64,000 nucleotides of DNA from Ranitomeya imitator (lineage: Eukaryota), in assembly GCF_032444005.1 (NCBI RefSeq), contig NC_091291.1, forward strand, positions 80,538,001-80,602,000, given 5' to 3'. The notes under the pieces are model-generated. The model saw only the letters and a list, made by a program, of their open reading frames with translations, was not told where the DNA came from and searched no databases. Below, one piece after another: positions 1-11,586 of the stretch; the stretch's first letter is position 1; every line of letters begins with the position of its first letter. The translations under genes and the position numbers were made by a program.

Positions 1-171
1 TCCACTCACTGCCGACTATGCTCCCCCATTGACTTGCATTGGGTTTCGTGTTTCGGTCGATCCCCAACTTTTCGCGATAATCGGCCGATTCCACTCGACT
101 CGACTTTTGAGATAGTCGGGTTTTCGCGAAACCCGACTCGACTCTAAAAAAGTCAAGGTCGCTCAACCCTA
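1..171. mobile_element. Right end of a hAT-type MITE (TAGGGTTGAGCGA TIR family), cut by the window edge
   Basis: Ends in GTCGCTCAACCCTA at 171. Closely similar to 32720-32865, the right end of the TSD-flanked copy 12380-32865. Confidence 0.8.
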
Positions 172-869
172 GTGGTGACGTGTTTCTATTCTTCTGATGT
201 TGATCTCCTGATTTTGGCTTACAATAATGAGGTAAAATACTATCTGTGTGAACGTGGCCTTCCATGGATTATGGCTCTTGTGGGTGAGCAGTTTGAGGCC
301 AGGCTTTCATGTAGCATAAATGCTACGCTGATTTAATGAAAATTTCTGCCCACTCTGCGTTTAAAGAAACTGTAGAACTGTGCACTTTTTGGTAATTGTT
401 TTTTTGTACATCTCTAGGTGGAACCTTAAAAAAAGCATATTAAATACACAGTTGTGTGTATTTACAGCATTTCTGCACTAAAAAAAGCTTTAAGGCCATG
501 TCACATGTAAGGCTTGTCCTGCTTTATTGTCTGCAGATATTTATTCACATGTCCTGCAGGTGTCTGCGCAAAAAAACCGAACATGACCTTCTCTGATTAT
601 TGAGTTTTTGTCTTTATTTGATGCTTTTTCTGTACAGGTGTGAAGCAGTGGGGTTATTTTAGTGATTCTGCACTTAAACCATAACTGTTTAATTTTTTAC
701 TTTTCCAGTCTTCCACTAAAAACCTATATAGAAAAAATAAAAAATGCATAAAAAACACACAGCATCTTAAAGAGAACCTGTCATCAGGAAGGATTATGTT
801 AAGCTATAGTAGAACTCAAAAAGACCGTCACTTGGACCTACAAGTCTAGAAAGTACATACAATACAGAA

Positions 870-1255
870 TCTATATATATAATTGCCTAAGGGTTTTTCT
901 GTCTGTCTGTCTGTCTTTCTGTCTGTCTGTCCTGGAAATCCCACGTCCCTGATTGGTCGATGCCGCCAGGCCTCGACCAATCAGCGACGGGCACAGCGAC
1001 GATGATGTCATAAAGGATGTAGACATCCCGCGTCTCTGATTGGTCGATGCCGCCAGGCCTCGACCAATCAGCAACGGGCACAGCGACGATGATGTCATAA
1101 TGGTTGCCATGGCGACGATGATGTCATAAAGGTTGCCTCGATCAATCAGCGACGGACACAGTCTGCCGCGAATTCTGGAATCAGCATTGTCCATATACTA
1201 CGGGGACATGCATATTCTAGAATACCTGATGCGTTAGAATCGGGCCACAATCTAG
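870..1255 (+). mobile_element. Non-autonomous Helitron-like element, copy 1 of 3 in direct tandem
   Basis: A|TC start (870) and CTAG|T end (1252-1255), no TSD. Subterminal hairpin related to CCCGAT-N8-ATCGGG lies just before CTAG. Internal CTGATTGGTCGA..TCGACCAATCAG hairpins. Confidence 0.75.
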
Positions 1256-1283
1256 TATAAATATATATATCTATATATATATA

Positions 1284-1570
1284 TCTATATATATAATTGT
1301 CTAAGGGTTTTTCTGTCTGTCTGTCTGTCTGTCCTGGAAATCCCGTGTCTCTGATTGGTCGAGGCAGCCAGGCCTCAACCAATCAGCGACGGGCACAGTA
1401 TCGACGTAGATGTCATAATGGTTGCCATGGCGACGATGTCATAAAGGTTGCCTCGACCAATCAGCGACGGGCACAGTCTGCCGTGAATTCTTGAATCATC
1501 ATTGTCCATATACTACTGGGACATGCATATCCTAGAATACCCAATGCGTTAGAATCGGGCCACAATCTAG
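1284..1570 (+). mobile_element. Non-autonomous Helitron-like element, copy 2
   Basis: Same TCTATATATATAATTG 5' end and GGGCCACAATCTAG|T 3' end as copy 1. Confidence 0.75.
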
Positions 1571-1612
1571 TATACTATATAAAAGCCACAAAAAACAAAA
1601 AGATAATGCTGA

Positions 1613-1996
1613 TCTATATATATAATTGTCTAAGGGTTTTTCCGTCTGTCTGTCTGTCTGTCCTGTAAATCCCGCGTCTCTGATTGGTCGAGGCCGCCAG
1701 GCCTCGACCAATCAGCGACGGGCACAGCATGGCGACGATGATGTCATAAAGTTGCCTCGACCAATCAGCGACGGGCACAGTCTGCCGCGAATTCGCCTCG
1801 ACCAATCAGCGACGGGCACAGTATCGACGTAGATGTCATAATGGTTGCCATGGCGACGATGATGTCATAAAGGTTGCCTCAACCAATCAGCGACGGGCAC
1901 AGTCTGCCGCGAATTCTGGAATCATCATTGTCCATATACTACGGGGACATGCATATTCTAGAATACCCGATGCGTTAGAATCGGGCCACAATCTAG
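1613..1996 (+). mobile_element. Non-autonomous Helitron-like element, copy 3
   Basis: A|TC at 1613 and CTAG|T at 1993-1996. Perfect CCCGATgcgttagaATCGGG hairpin. 16-bp internal stem CTGATTGGTCGAGGCC/GGCCTCGACCAATCAG. Confidence 0.75.
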
Positions 1997-2559
1997 TATA
2001 AAATAAGCCTTTATTATATAAGTATGGCAGCAGCGGTACAGCAGTGCGCGTACCTGGGATACATCAAACAGAATTTAACCCCTTTACCCCCAAGGGTGGT
2101 TTGCACGTTAATGACCGGGCCAATTTTTACAATTCTGACCACTGTCCCTTTATGAGGTTATAACTCTGGAACGTTTCAACGGATCCCAGTGATTCTGACA
2201 CTGTTTTCTCAAGACATATGGTACTTCACGACAGTGGTAAAAATTCTTTGAAAGTACCTGTGTTTATTTGTGAAAAAAACGGAAATTTGGCGAAAATTAT
2301 GAAAATTTCGCAATTTTCCAACTTTGAATTTTTATGCAATTAAATCACAGAGATATGTCACACAAAATACTTAATAAGTAACATTTCCCACATGTCTACT
2401 TTACATCAGCACAATTTTGGAACCCAAATTTTTTTTTGTTAGGGAGTTATAAGGGTTAAAATTTGACCAGCAATTTCTCGTTTTTACAACACCATTTTTT
2501 TTTTAGGGACCACATCTCATTTGAAGTCATTTTGAGGGGTCTATATGATAGAAAATACC

Positions 2560-5400
2560 CAAGTGTGACACCATTCTAAAAACTGCACCCCTCAAGGTGC
2601 TCAAAACCATATTCAAGAAGTTTATTAACCCTTCTGGTGCTTCACAGGAATTTTTGGAATGTTTAAATAAAAATGAACATTTAACTTTTTTTCACAAAAA
2701 ATTTACTTCAGCTCCAATTTGTTTTATTTTACCAAGGGTAACAGGAGAAAATGGACACGAAAAGTTATTGTACAATTTGTCCTGAGTACGCTGATAACCC
2801 ATATGTGGGGGTAAACCACTGTTTGGACACATGACAGAGCTCGGAAGCGAAGGAGCGCCATTTGACTTTTCAATGCAAAATTGACTGGAGTCGAGATGGG
2901 ACACCATGTTGCGTTTGGAGAGCCCCTGATGTGCCTAAACATTGAAACCCCCCACAAGTGACACCATTTTGGAAAGTAAACCCCCTAAGGAACTTATCTA
3001 GAGGTGTGGTGAGCAGTTTGACCAACCAAGTGCTTCACAGAAGTTTATAATGTAGAACCGTAAAAATAAAAAATCATATTTTTTCACAAAAATTATCTTT
3101 TCGCCCCCAATTTTTTATTTTCCCAAGGGTAAGAGTAGAAATTGGACCCCAAAAGTTGTTGTACAATTTGTCCTGAGCACGCTGATACCCCATATGTGAG
3201 GGTAAACCACTGTTTTGGCGCGTGGGAGAGCTCGGAAGGGAAGGAGCGCCGTTTGACTTTTCAATGCAAAATTGACTGGAATTGAGATGGGACGCCATGT
3301 TGCGTTTGGAGAGCCACTGATGTGCCTAAACATTGAAACCCCCCACAAGTGACACCATTTTGGAAAGTAGACCCCCTAAGGAACTTATCTAGAGGTGTGG
3401 TGAGCACTTTGACCCACCAAGTGCTTCACAGAAGTTTATAATGCAGAACCGTAAAAATAAAAAATCATATTTTTTCACAAAAATTATATTTTTGCCCCCA
3501 ATTTTTTATTTTCCCAAGGGTAAGAGAAGAAATTGGACCCCAACAGTTGTTGTACAATTTGTCCTGAGTACGCTGTTACCCCAAATTTGGGGGTAAACCA
3601 CTGTTTGGGCGCATGGGAGAGCTCGGAAGGGAAGGAGCGCCGTTTGACTTTTCAATGAAAATTGACAGGAATTGAGATGAGACGCCATGTTGCGTTTGGA
3701 GAGCCACTGATGTGCCTAAACATTCAAACCCCCCACAATTGACACCATTTTGGAAAGTAGACCCCCTAAGGAACTTATCTAGATGTGTTTTGAGTGCTTT
3801 GACCCACCAAGGGCTTCACAGAAGTTTATAATGCAGAGCCATAAAAATAAAACAAAAATTTTTTCCCACAAAAATTATTTTTTAGCCCCCAGTTTTGCAT
3901 TTTCCCGAGGGTAACAGGAGAAATTGGACCCCAAAATTTGTTGCCCAATTTGTCCTGAGTGCGATGATACACCATATGTGGAGGGAACCACTGTTTGGGC
4001 GCATGGGGGGGCTCGGAAGGGAAGGAGCGCCATTTGGAATGCAGACTTAGATGGAATGGTCTGCAGGTGTCACATTGCGTTTGCAGAGCCCCTAATGTAC
4101 CTAAACAGTAGAAACCCCCAAGTGACACCATTTTGGAAAGTAGACCCCCTAAGGAACTTATCTAGATGTGTGGTGAGCGCTTTGACCCACCAAGGGCTTC
4201 ACAGAAGTTTATAATGCAGAGACGTAAAAATAAAACAAAAATTTTTTCCCACAAAAAATATTTATTTAGCCCCCAGTTTTGCATTTTCCCGAGGGTAACA
4301 GGAGAAATTGGACCCCAAAATTTGTTGTCCAATTTGTCCTGAGTGCGCTGATACCCCATATGTGGGGGGGAACCACCGTTTGGGCGCATGGGAGGGCTCG
4401 GAAGGGAAGGAGCTCAATTTGGAATGCAGACTTAGATGGAATGGTCTGCAGGTGTCACATTGCGTTTGCCCTATTTAACAGTATTTATATCTCAATCTGA
4501 AAAAACGGGGTGACAGGTTCCCTTTAAGATGAAGTCACAAACACAGAAATGAAACAGGTTTCAGCAAAGGGAGGCCAGACTTACTAAACAGACTGAGGAT
4601 AGGAAAGGTATCTTTGCGGTCAGCACAAAAAACTACAAAAGACCATGCAGAGTGTGCAAAAAGACCTCCGCACCGACTCATCATGATAGCCAACTGGACA
4701 AGGAAACAATGAACAAATAAATAACTAGCAGGGACTTAGCTTCTGCTGGAGTAGACAGGTCACCAGAAAGATCCAGGAGCAAACTGAACCAGTACAAGAA
4801 CATTGACAGCTGGCATGGAGTAACGATCTGAGTGGAGTTAAATAGAACAGCCAGCCAACGAATAAACTACGTCACCTGTGGAAGGAACCTCAGAAGCAGC
4901 AGCTCCACTCACAGCCACCAGAGGGAGTCCATGGACAGAACTCGCCGAAGTACCATTCGAAAACAGAATTCACAACACTAATGTACCTAAATAGTAGAAA
5001 CCCCCACAAGTGACACCATTTTGGAAACTAGACCCCCTAAGGAACTTATCTAGATGTGTTGTGAGAGCTTTGAACCCTCAAGTGTTTCACTACAGTTTGT
5101 AACGCAGAGCCGTGAAAATAAAAAAAAAAACTTTCCCCCAAAAATTATTTTTTAGCCCCCAGTTTTGTATTTTCCCGGGGGTAAGAGGAGAAATTCGACC
5201 CCAAAAGTTGTTGTCCTATTTGTCCTGAGTACGCTGATACTGCATATGTTAGGGTAAACCCCTGCTTGGGCGCACGGGAGAGCTCGGAAGGGAAGGAGCA
5301 CTGTTTTACTTTTTCAACGCAGAATTGGCTGGAATTGAGATCGGACGCCATATCGCGTTTGGAGAGCCCCTGATGTGTCTAAACAGTGGAAACCCCCCCA
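2560..5400. repeat. ~385-390 bp tandem repeat inside the piggyBac-like element, interrupted at 4469-4977
   Basis: The motif (G/T)TGACACCATTTTGGAAAGTA..CCCCTAAGGAACTTATCTAGA recurs at about 2958, 3349, 3739 and 4122, and again near 5010. Confidence 0.85.
4528..4977 (-). mobile_element. Partial LTR (probably Gypsy-type), truncated at a TTAA that carries a T2/Kolobok-type MITE end
   Basis: The minus strand starts TGTTGTGAATTCTG and has a TATTTAA box. It stops at TTAA 4524-4527, next to TGACAGGTTCCCT. Confidence 0.5.
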
Positions 5401-5413
5401 AATTATAACTGAA

Positions 5414-5635
5414 ACCCTAATCCAAACACACCCCTAACCCTAATCCCAACAGTAACCCTAACCACACACCTAACCCTAATCCCAACCCTATTCCCAACTG
5501 TAAATGTAATCTAAACCCTAACCCTAACTTTAGCCCCAACCCTAACCCTAACTTTAGCCCCAACCCTAACCCTAACCCTAGCCCTAACCCTAGCCCTAAC
5601 CCTAGCCCTAACCCTAGCCCGAACCCTAGCCCTAA
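5414..5635. repeat. Interstitial telomere-like (CCCTAA/CCCTAG)n tract
   Basis: Twelve consecutive CCCNAR hexamers at 5564-5635, with degenerate CCCTAA copies upstream. Confidence 0.85.
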
Positions 5636-7762
5636 TGGAAGAATGGAAATAAATACATTTTTTAATTTTTCCCTACCTAAGGGGGTGATGAAGGGGGGTT
5701 TGATTTACTTTTATAGCAGGTTTTTTAGTGGATTTTTATGATTGGCAGCCGTCACACACTGAAAGACGCTTTTTATTGCAAAAAATATTTTTTGTGTTAC
5801 CACATTTTGAGAGCTATAATTTTTCCAAATTTTGGTCCACAGAGTCATGTGAGGTCTTGTTTTTTGCGGGACGAGTTGACGTTTTTATTGGTAATATTTT
5901 TGGCACGTGACATTTTTTGATCGCTTTTTATTCCGATTTTTGTGAGGCAGAATGACCAAAAACCAGCTATTCATGAATTTCTTTTGGGGGAGGCGTTTAT
6001 ACCGTTCCGCATTTGGTAAAATTGATAAAGCAGTTTTATTCTTCGGGTCAGTACGATTACAGTGATACTTCATTTATATCATTTTTTTTATGTTTTGGCG
6101 CTTTTATACGATAAAAACTATTTTATAGAAAAAATAATTATTTTTGCATCGCTTGATTCTGAGGACTATAACTTTTTTATTTTTTTGCTGATGTTGCTGT
6201 ATGGCGACTCGTTTTTTGCGGGACAAGATGTCGTTTTCAGCGGTACCATGGTTATTTATATCTGTCTTTTTGATCGCGTGTTATTCCACTTTTTGTTTGG
6301 CAGTATGATAATAAAGCGTTGTTTTTTGCCTCGTTTTTTTTTTCTTTTCTTACAGTGTTTACTGAAGGGGTTAACTAGTGGGCCAGTTTTATAGGTCGGG
6401 CCGTTACGGAGGCGGCGATACTAAATATGTGTACTTTTATTGTTTTGTTTTTTTTTATTTAGATAAAGAAATGTATTTATGGGAATATTTTTTTTTTTTC
6501 ATTATTAAGGAATATTTTTTTTAATTTTTTTTTACACATTTGGAAATTTTTTAAAAAACTTTTTTACTTTGTCCCAGGTGGGAACATCACAGATCGGTGA
6601 TCTGACAGTTTGCACAGCACTCTGTCAGATCACCGATCTGACATTCAGCACTGCAGGCTTCACAGTGCCTGCTCTGAGCAGGCTCTGTGAAGCCACCTCC
6701 CTCCCTGCAGGACCTGGATGCCGCGGCCATCTTGGATCCGGGCCTGGAGCAGGGAGGGAGGTACGGAGACTATCGCAGCAACGCGATCACATCGCGTTGC
6801 TGCGGGGGTCTCAGGGAAGCCCGCAGGGAGCCCCCTCCCTGCGCGACGATTCCCTGTACCGCCGGCACCTCAAACATGATCGCGGTGTGCCGGGGGTTAA
6901 TGTGCCGGGAGCGGTCCGTGACCGCTCCTGGCACATAGTGCCGGATGTCAGCTGTGATAGGCTCCCCCCGTGAGCGCGGCCGATCGCGTATGACGTACTA
7001 TCCCGTTGGTGGTCATAGGGACCCACTCCACCTCGACAGGATAGTATGTCTGATGTCAGAAAGGGGTTAAAATATATGGCGGATAGACAGGATAAAATTC
7101 AATATAGACAGAATATAATAAACAGTCAGTCCCAAAATCTATATAGTGGTATGCATTTTATGAATACTTGTGTGCATAAAAATGTGGTATAAAAGTTGTA
7201 AAAAATTGAAAAGGTGCTGTAACAAATTGAAACTAAGGTGCATGTGCTAGTTGCAATATAATCATATGCAGTACAAAAAGTGCCAAGCAATATGTGTAAA
7301 AATAAACAAGAGAAAGGAAGGAGGAGCTACTCCATGCACAAATGTGTCCTCACATGTAGTGCAAAATCGCATTTGCATACCACTATTTAAGGGATATGGG
7401 AGATATACGAATAAGCAATATATACCTGTCAGTCCGGTCTAGCCCAAGTACAGAGGACATCCAGCAGAGGGCGCATCACCGCGACTCGAGGTAACTACAG
7501 GTCATTGACCTACATTCCATTCATTCCCCGGGGTTTTACAGACAGGAGTACAGCTGCATTAGCAGAGCTTCTGCTTGTAAAATTAGTTAACCCCTTCAGA
7601 TGGATTTACAGCGTGGGACGTTACAGATCATCGGAAGGTATGGGATATTGTTGTTTTTTTATTTTACCTTTTTTACAGAGTGAGGGTCTTCAGGTGGATT
7701 ACCAGTCTAATAAAATATTACAACAACCTGTGTATTTATTTCATTAAAATACTTTGTAATAA

Positions 7763-7790
<28 letters not shown>
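7763..7790. repeat. (GT)n microsatellite
   Basis: Direct reading, about 14 repeats. Confidence 0.95.
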
Positions 7791-7794
<4 letters not shown>

Positions 7795-9073
7795 TTAACC
7801 ATTTCATACAATTGGATTAATAATGGATAGGTGTCATAATTGATGCCTCTCCATTATTAATCTGGCTTAATGTCAGCTTACAATAGCAAGGTGACATTAA
7901 CCCTTCATTACCCCATATCCCACCGCTACACGGGAATGGAAAGAGAGTGGCCAAGTGCCAGAATAGGTGCATCTTCCAGATGTGCCTTTTCTGGGGTGGC
8001 TGGGGGCAGGTGTTTTTAGCCAGGGGGGGCCAATAACCATGGACCTTCTCCAGGCTATTAATATCTGCCTTCAGTCACTGGCTTTACCACTCTGGCGGAG
8101 AAAATTGCACGGGAGCCCACGCCAATTTTTTCCGCGGTTTAACCCTTTAATAGCTAGAGCGCCCAAATTTTGCGCATACACACTACTAACATTAGTAGTG
8201 TGGAATATGCAAAAAAAGGGTGATATGACATGGTTTACTGTATGTAAACCATGTCTCATATCATGTCGGGTTTGAGAAGGAGATAGGAAAAGCCGGCAAT
8301 TGAATTACCGGCTTTTCTGCTATCTAGCGCTGTATGAAATATTAATATATATATATGTGTGTCTCGGTGACATATATATATATACATGCCTATACTATGT
8401 GTAGACATTTATTCTATCTATTCTATTCTGTCAGTGTGATTTTACTGTACACTGCGCTGAATTGCCGGCTTTTCTATAAAACACCGCTGCGTATTTCTCG
8501 CAAGTCACACTGCTGGTCCGTGTGTAATCCGTATTTTTCTCGCCCCATAGACTTTCATTGGCGTATTTTTTGCGCAATACGGTGACGAACGCAGCATGCT
8601 GCGATTTTCTACGGCTGTATAATACGGATCAGTAAAATACGGCAGATAGGAGCTGGGGCATAGAGAAGCATTGTACCGTATGCAATCCGTACTTTCTGCA
8701 TCTTTCATACGTCCGTAAAACATGCTAGTGTGAGGTCAGTGGCCCAGTCATTTAACCCTTTCATTATCGCCCTTCAGTGACCACTTTGATGCTCATTTTT
8801 GTGCCAGTTTTATAGTTTTTGTAGCTGCATTTTATGTTATTATTGTGATGTTTATCTTTCGTTGTTAAACCTATAAAAAACAGAAAAGAAAAAATAGTCG
8901 AATAAGAAACCAACTTTAATAATAAATAAATAATAATAACTTCAGCCTGGTCCAGACCCGGGGATATGAGAGGATGGTGACAACTAAAACCAACGACCAT
9001 GAGCCAGCTGATTTATAGGACACAGATGACAAAAGTTCACCTCAGGTATCGCTGGGGCGGGAATTAGCCAGTA

Positions 9074-9482
9074 GGCTACTTTCACACTAGCGTCGTACTC
9101 GGCCCGTCGCAGTGCGTCGGGCCGATGTACCGACGCATACTGTGGAAGTGCCACACAACGGGGGCAGCGGATGCAGTTTTCCGGCGCATCCGCTGCCCCA
9201 TTCTGAGCTGCGGGAGGGGGGGGGGGCGGAGTTCCGGCGGCGCAATGGCGGACACAACGCACCAAAAAACGTTACATGTAACGTTTTTTGGTGCCGACGG
9301 TCCGCCACAACGCGACGCAACCGTCGCACGATGGTTGCGACGTGTGGCAAAGCGTTGCAATGCGTCGCTAATACACGCCTATGGAGAAAAAACGCATCCT
9401 GCAAGCAATTTTGCAGGATGCGTTTTTTCTCCAAAACGACGCATTGCGACGTGCGTCGTACGACCCTAGTGTGAAAGTAGCC
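9074..9482. mobile_element. PIF/Harbinger-like MITE
   Basis: ~25-bp TIR GGCTACTTTCACACTAG(C/G)GTCGTAC at both ends. The 3-bp flanks are GTA and TTA (imperfect TWA TSD). The interior is broadly palindromic. Confidence 0.7.
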
Positions 9483-9659
9483 TTATCGGGGCTTTACCAT
9501 GTTGAACAGCTCAAACACCACATGCAGCTACGAGGAAAGAAAAAAGCAAAAATAAGTGATGTTTAGAAGATAAAAATGAAAACGCAAAGCAAACACCCCA
9601 GAATGAACTGCTGTCAGTGGCCTGCGGTACCGCACAGTAATGTGAGGGCATTTCTACAG

Positions 9660-10209
9660 ACGGCGAGAACACACCACGTGACGTGAGGACCTCGCTCAGG
9701 TGAGGCCTGCTCTGCGCATGCCCCCAAATAGCAGCCGTTTGAGCTGCCGCCGTGGCCACGCCCCCTCCCGCATTATTTAAATCCCGGACACTCGCAGTGT
9801 GCAGTACAAACTTTAACTCGCTCAAAAGAACTTCATTGGCCGCGGCTCCACCAATCAACAGCGTCCCAGCATTAACCCTATCCACAACGGCTCCAGAGGC
9901 TGGCGACGCGTACACATCACTGAGTGACTCGGTGCGATCTGCGCTCCTTTACTCATGCCTGGAGACTAGTACTCGTACTTCCTGAAGCAAACTGCTGGAG
10001 GACCAATATGGCGGCGCCCTGAGTTGTGTGTTTACTCGCTGGAGCCGTGTGAGCAGCGACTTGTCCGGTCCTTCCAGGAGGTGAAGAGCCGCAAATGGGC
10101 CCCAGGCGCTGCCTGTGCGGCTCCGACAGCTGGTGACACTGTGAGGCCGGAGGTCAGCCCGATCCCCCCGCTGTGTGCCCTCGGTAGATGCCGGCCCTGC
10201 TCCCCGGCC
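9660..10209 (+). promoter_or_regulatory. CpG-rich promoter/5' UTR of RNF26
   Basis: High CpG density. CACGTG at 9675, GC box GGCCACGCCCCC at 9754, ATTGG at 9835, CCAAT at 9851, ETS-like ACTTCCTG at 9977, YY1-like AATATGGCGGC at 10005. The TSS cannot be read from the sequence. Confidence 0.65.
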
Positions 10210-11586
10210 ATGCAGGGCCTCCTGCTGCTGCTCAGTGGCCTGGGCTGGGGCCTGGACCTGCTGCTCTTCGTGCTGGACCTGAATTACTGGCTCGTCTCCT
10301 CGGTTGTGTCCCTCCTGTTTTGGACCCTCCACTTCCTCCTCAATCTGCCCGGCACCATCGCCCTGGGCTTGCTGCGCTGCTGGGAGAATGCCCTGGTGTC
10401 GGCGGCCCTGCTGGGTGAGGCGTGTGGCAGCGTGGCGCTGGGCTCGGTGCACGCGGTGCTGGACGGCCTGCGTGGGCTTCTGTCAGGCCTGGACAGTTTA
10501 CAGCTCGTCTGGAACCTGCTGTGCCACGTGTTGCTGCGGAGCAAGGAGATGATGCAGCGTGGCCTTCTCAACGTGGCGCTGTCCGGGCAGAACGTTCACC
10601 GCCAGGTGTGGGAGGCGCTGGGGATAGCCGGCAGCCTGGTAGCGTACATTGCGAACAGCATGGTGAACGTGTGCCTTATCGGTGTGCAGAACGTGTTCTC
10701 GGCCGCCCTGGGCGCGTGGCTCACTGTGGTGAACGTCGTCCTGGTGGGGAAGGACATGATCGCAGCGCTGCTCTCCCAGATCTCCAGCACCGCCGTGGCC
10801 GTGGTCATTCTCTTCTGGACGCCATTTCAGTTGGCGGTGGATTTGCTGGTGTCCTGCAGTGCGGGCATCGGGGTCATCCTCTTCAGGCACCTGTATGAAG
10901 TCCTCCTGCTGCTCTTCTTAATTTGGGCTTCCCGTCTGATTCTCAGACCCTCGCCTGCATTGCGTTCATTCCAGGAAATACTTATCCGGCTCGGCCATGT
11001 TGTCCAGATAATCATCCATAATTTACTGAATGCCGAGGTCTGGAGGAGGGCGGCCGCCGGGTGTCTGCAGCTTGTCAGGATGTACAGAGCCGCGTGGGAC
11101 AGAGACCGGAACCGGGTGAGGACTAGAGCGCAAAACACACCGGTGAGGGTGCCGAATCCAGCTGGACCTACCTGGGCGCACAATCCGCCACCTGCACGGG
11201 TGCACCAGAACGCCACACCTGAGCGGCGCCAGGCCCCGCAGAGACCACCCACACCTGAGCGGCGCCAGGCCCCGCAGAGACCACCCACACCTGAGCGGCG
11301 CCAAGCCCCGCAGAGACAACCCCCACCTGCACCTCCACCCCACGCATCATCCTCTCATGGGACGGAGAAAGCTGCAGAAGACCCCTGGAAGCTGCTGAAG
11401 CAGCAGGAGGAGAGCAAGAAGTGTGTGATCTGCCAGGACGAAAACAAGACTATCCTCCTGCTTCCATGCCGCCACCTGTGTCTGTGCTCCGAGTGCGCCG
11501 AGATCCTCCTGCAGCAGCCGATACTGCAGCGTAACTGTCCGCTGTGCCGGAAGATGATCCTGCAGACGCTCACCGTGTACATGTGA
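10210..11586 (+). CDS. RNF26: E3 ubiquitin ligase RING finger protein 26 (ER-membrane; hydrophobic N-terminus, C-terminal RING), 458 aa, single coding exon
   Basis: The N-terminus MQGLLLLLSGLGWGLDLLLFVLDLNYWLVSS matches the RNF26 start as I recall it (human MEAVYLVVNGLGLVLDVLTLVLDLNFLLVSS). The C-terminus DPWKLLKQQEESKKCVICQD..LLLPCRHLCLC..NCPLCRKMILQTLTVYM is the RNF26 RING. First in-frame ATG is 10210 (G at -3). Confidence 0.95.
   Translation: MQGLLLLLSGLGWGLDLLLFVLDLNYWLVSSVVSLLFWTLHFLLNLPGTIALGLLRCWENALVSAALLGEACGSVALGSVHAVLDGLRGLLSGLDSLQLVWNLLCHVLLRSKEMMQRGLLNVALSGQNVHRQVWEALGIAGSLVAYIANSMVNVCLIGVQNVFSAALGAWLTVVNVVLVGKDMIAALLSQISSTAVAVVILFWTPFQLAVDLLVSCSAGIGVILFRHLYEVLLLLFLIWASRLILRPSPALRSFQEILIRLGHVVQIIIHNLLNAEVWRRAAAGCLQLVRMYRAAWDRDRNRVRTRAQNTPVRVPNPAGPTWAHNPPPARVHQNATPERRQAPQRPPTPERRQAPQRPPTPERRQAPQRQPPPAPPPHASSSHGTEKAAEDPWKLLKQQEESKKCVICQDENKTILLLPCRHLCLCSECAEILLQQPILQRNCPLCRKMILQTLTVYM
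11215..11322 (+). repeat. In-frame 36-bp coding minisatellite (3 x TPERRQAPQR[P/Q]P) in RNF26
   Basis: ACACCTGAGCGGCGCCA(G/A)GCCCCGCAGAGAC starts at 11215, 11251 and 11287. Confidence 0.95.

Larger units (their letters stand above)
2079..7066. mobile_element. Non-autonomous piggyBac-like element
   Basis: TTAA at 2075-2078 and 7067-7070, with CCCCTTT/AAAGGGG terminal inverted repeats. No transposase ORF. The left end resembles the 960-bp MITE at 15886-16845. Confidence 0.65.

Noticed and set aside
771-4523. AGAGAACCTGTCA (771) and TGACAGGTTCCCT (4511-4523) as the two TIRs of one TTAA-flanked element
   Set aside because: It would cross rather than nest with the element at 2079-7066. The right end is attached to an LTR fragment that does not continue at the left flank, so these are probably ends of different copies.
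5414-5635. True telomere or chromosome-fusion scar
   Set aside because: The tract is short, degenerate and in one orientation, and it is embedded in a TIR-bounded element.
10024-10209. 62-aa N-terminal extension of the 520-aa ORF
   Set aside because: It starts at a non-ATG codon and has no similarity to RNF26 as I know it. Homology begins at ATG 10210.
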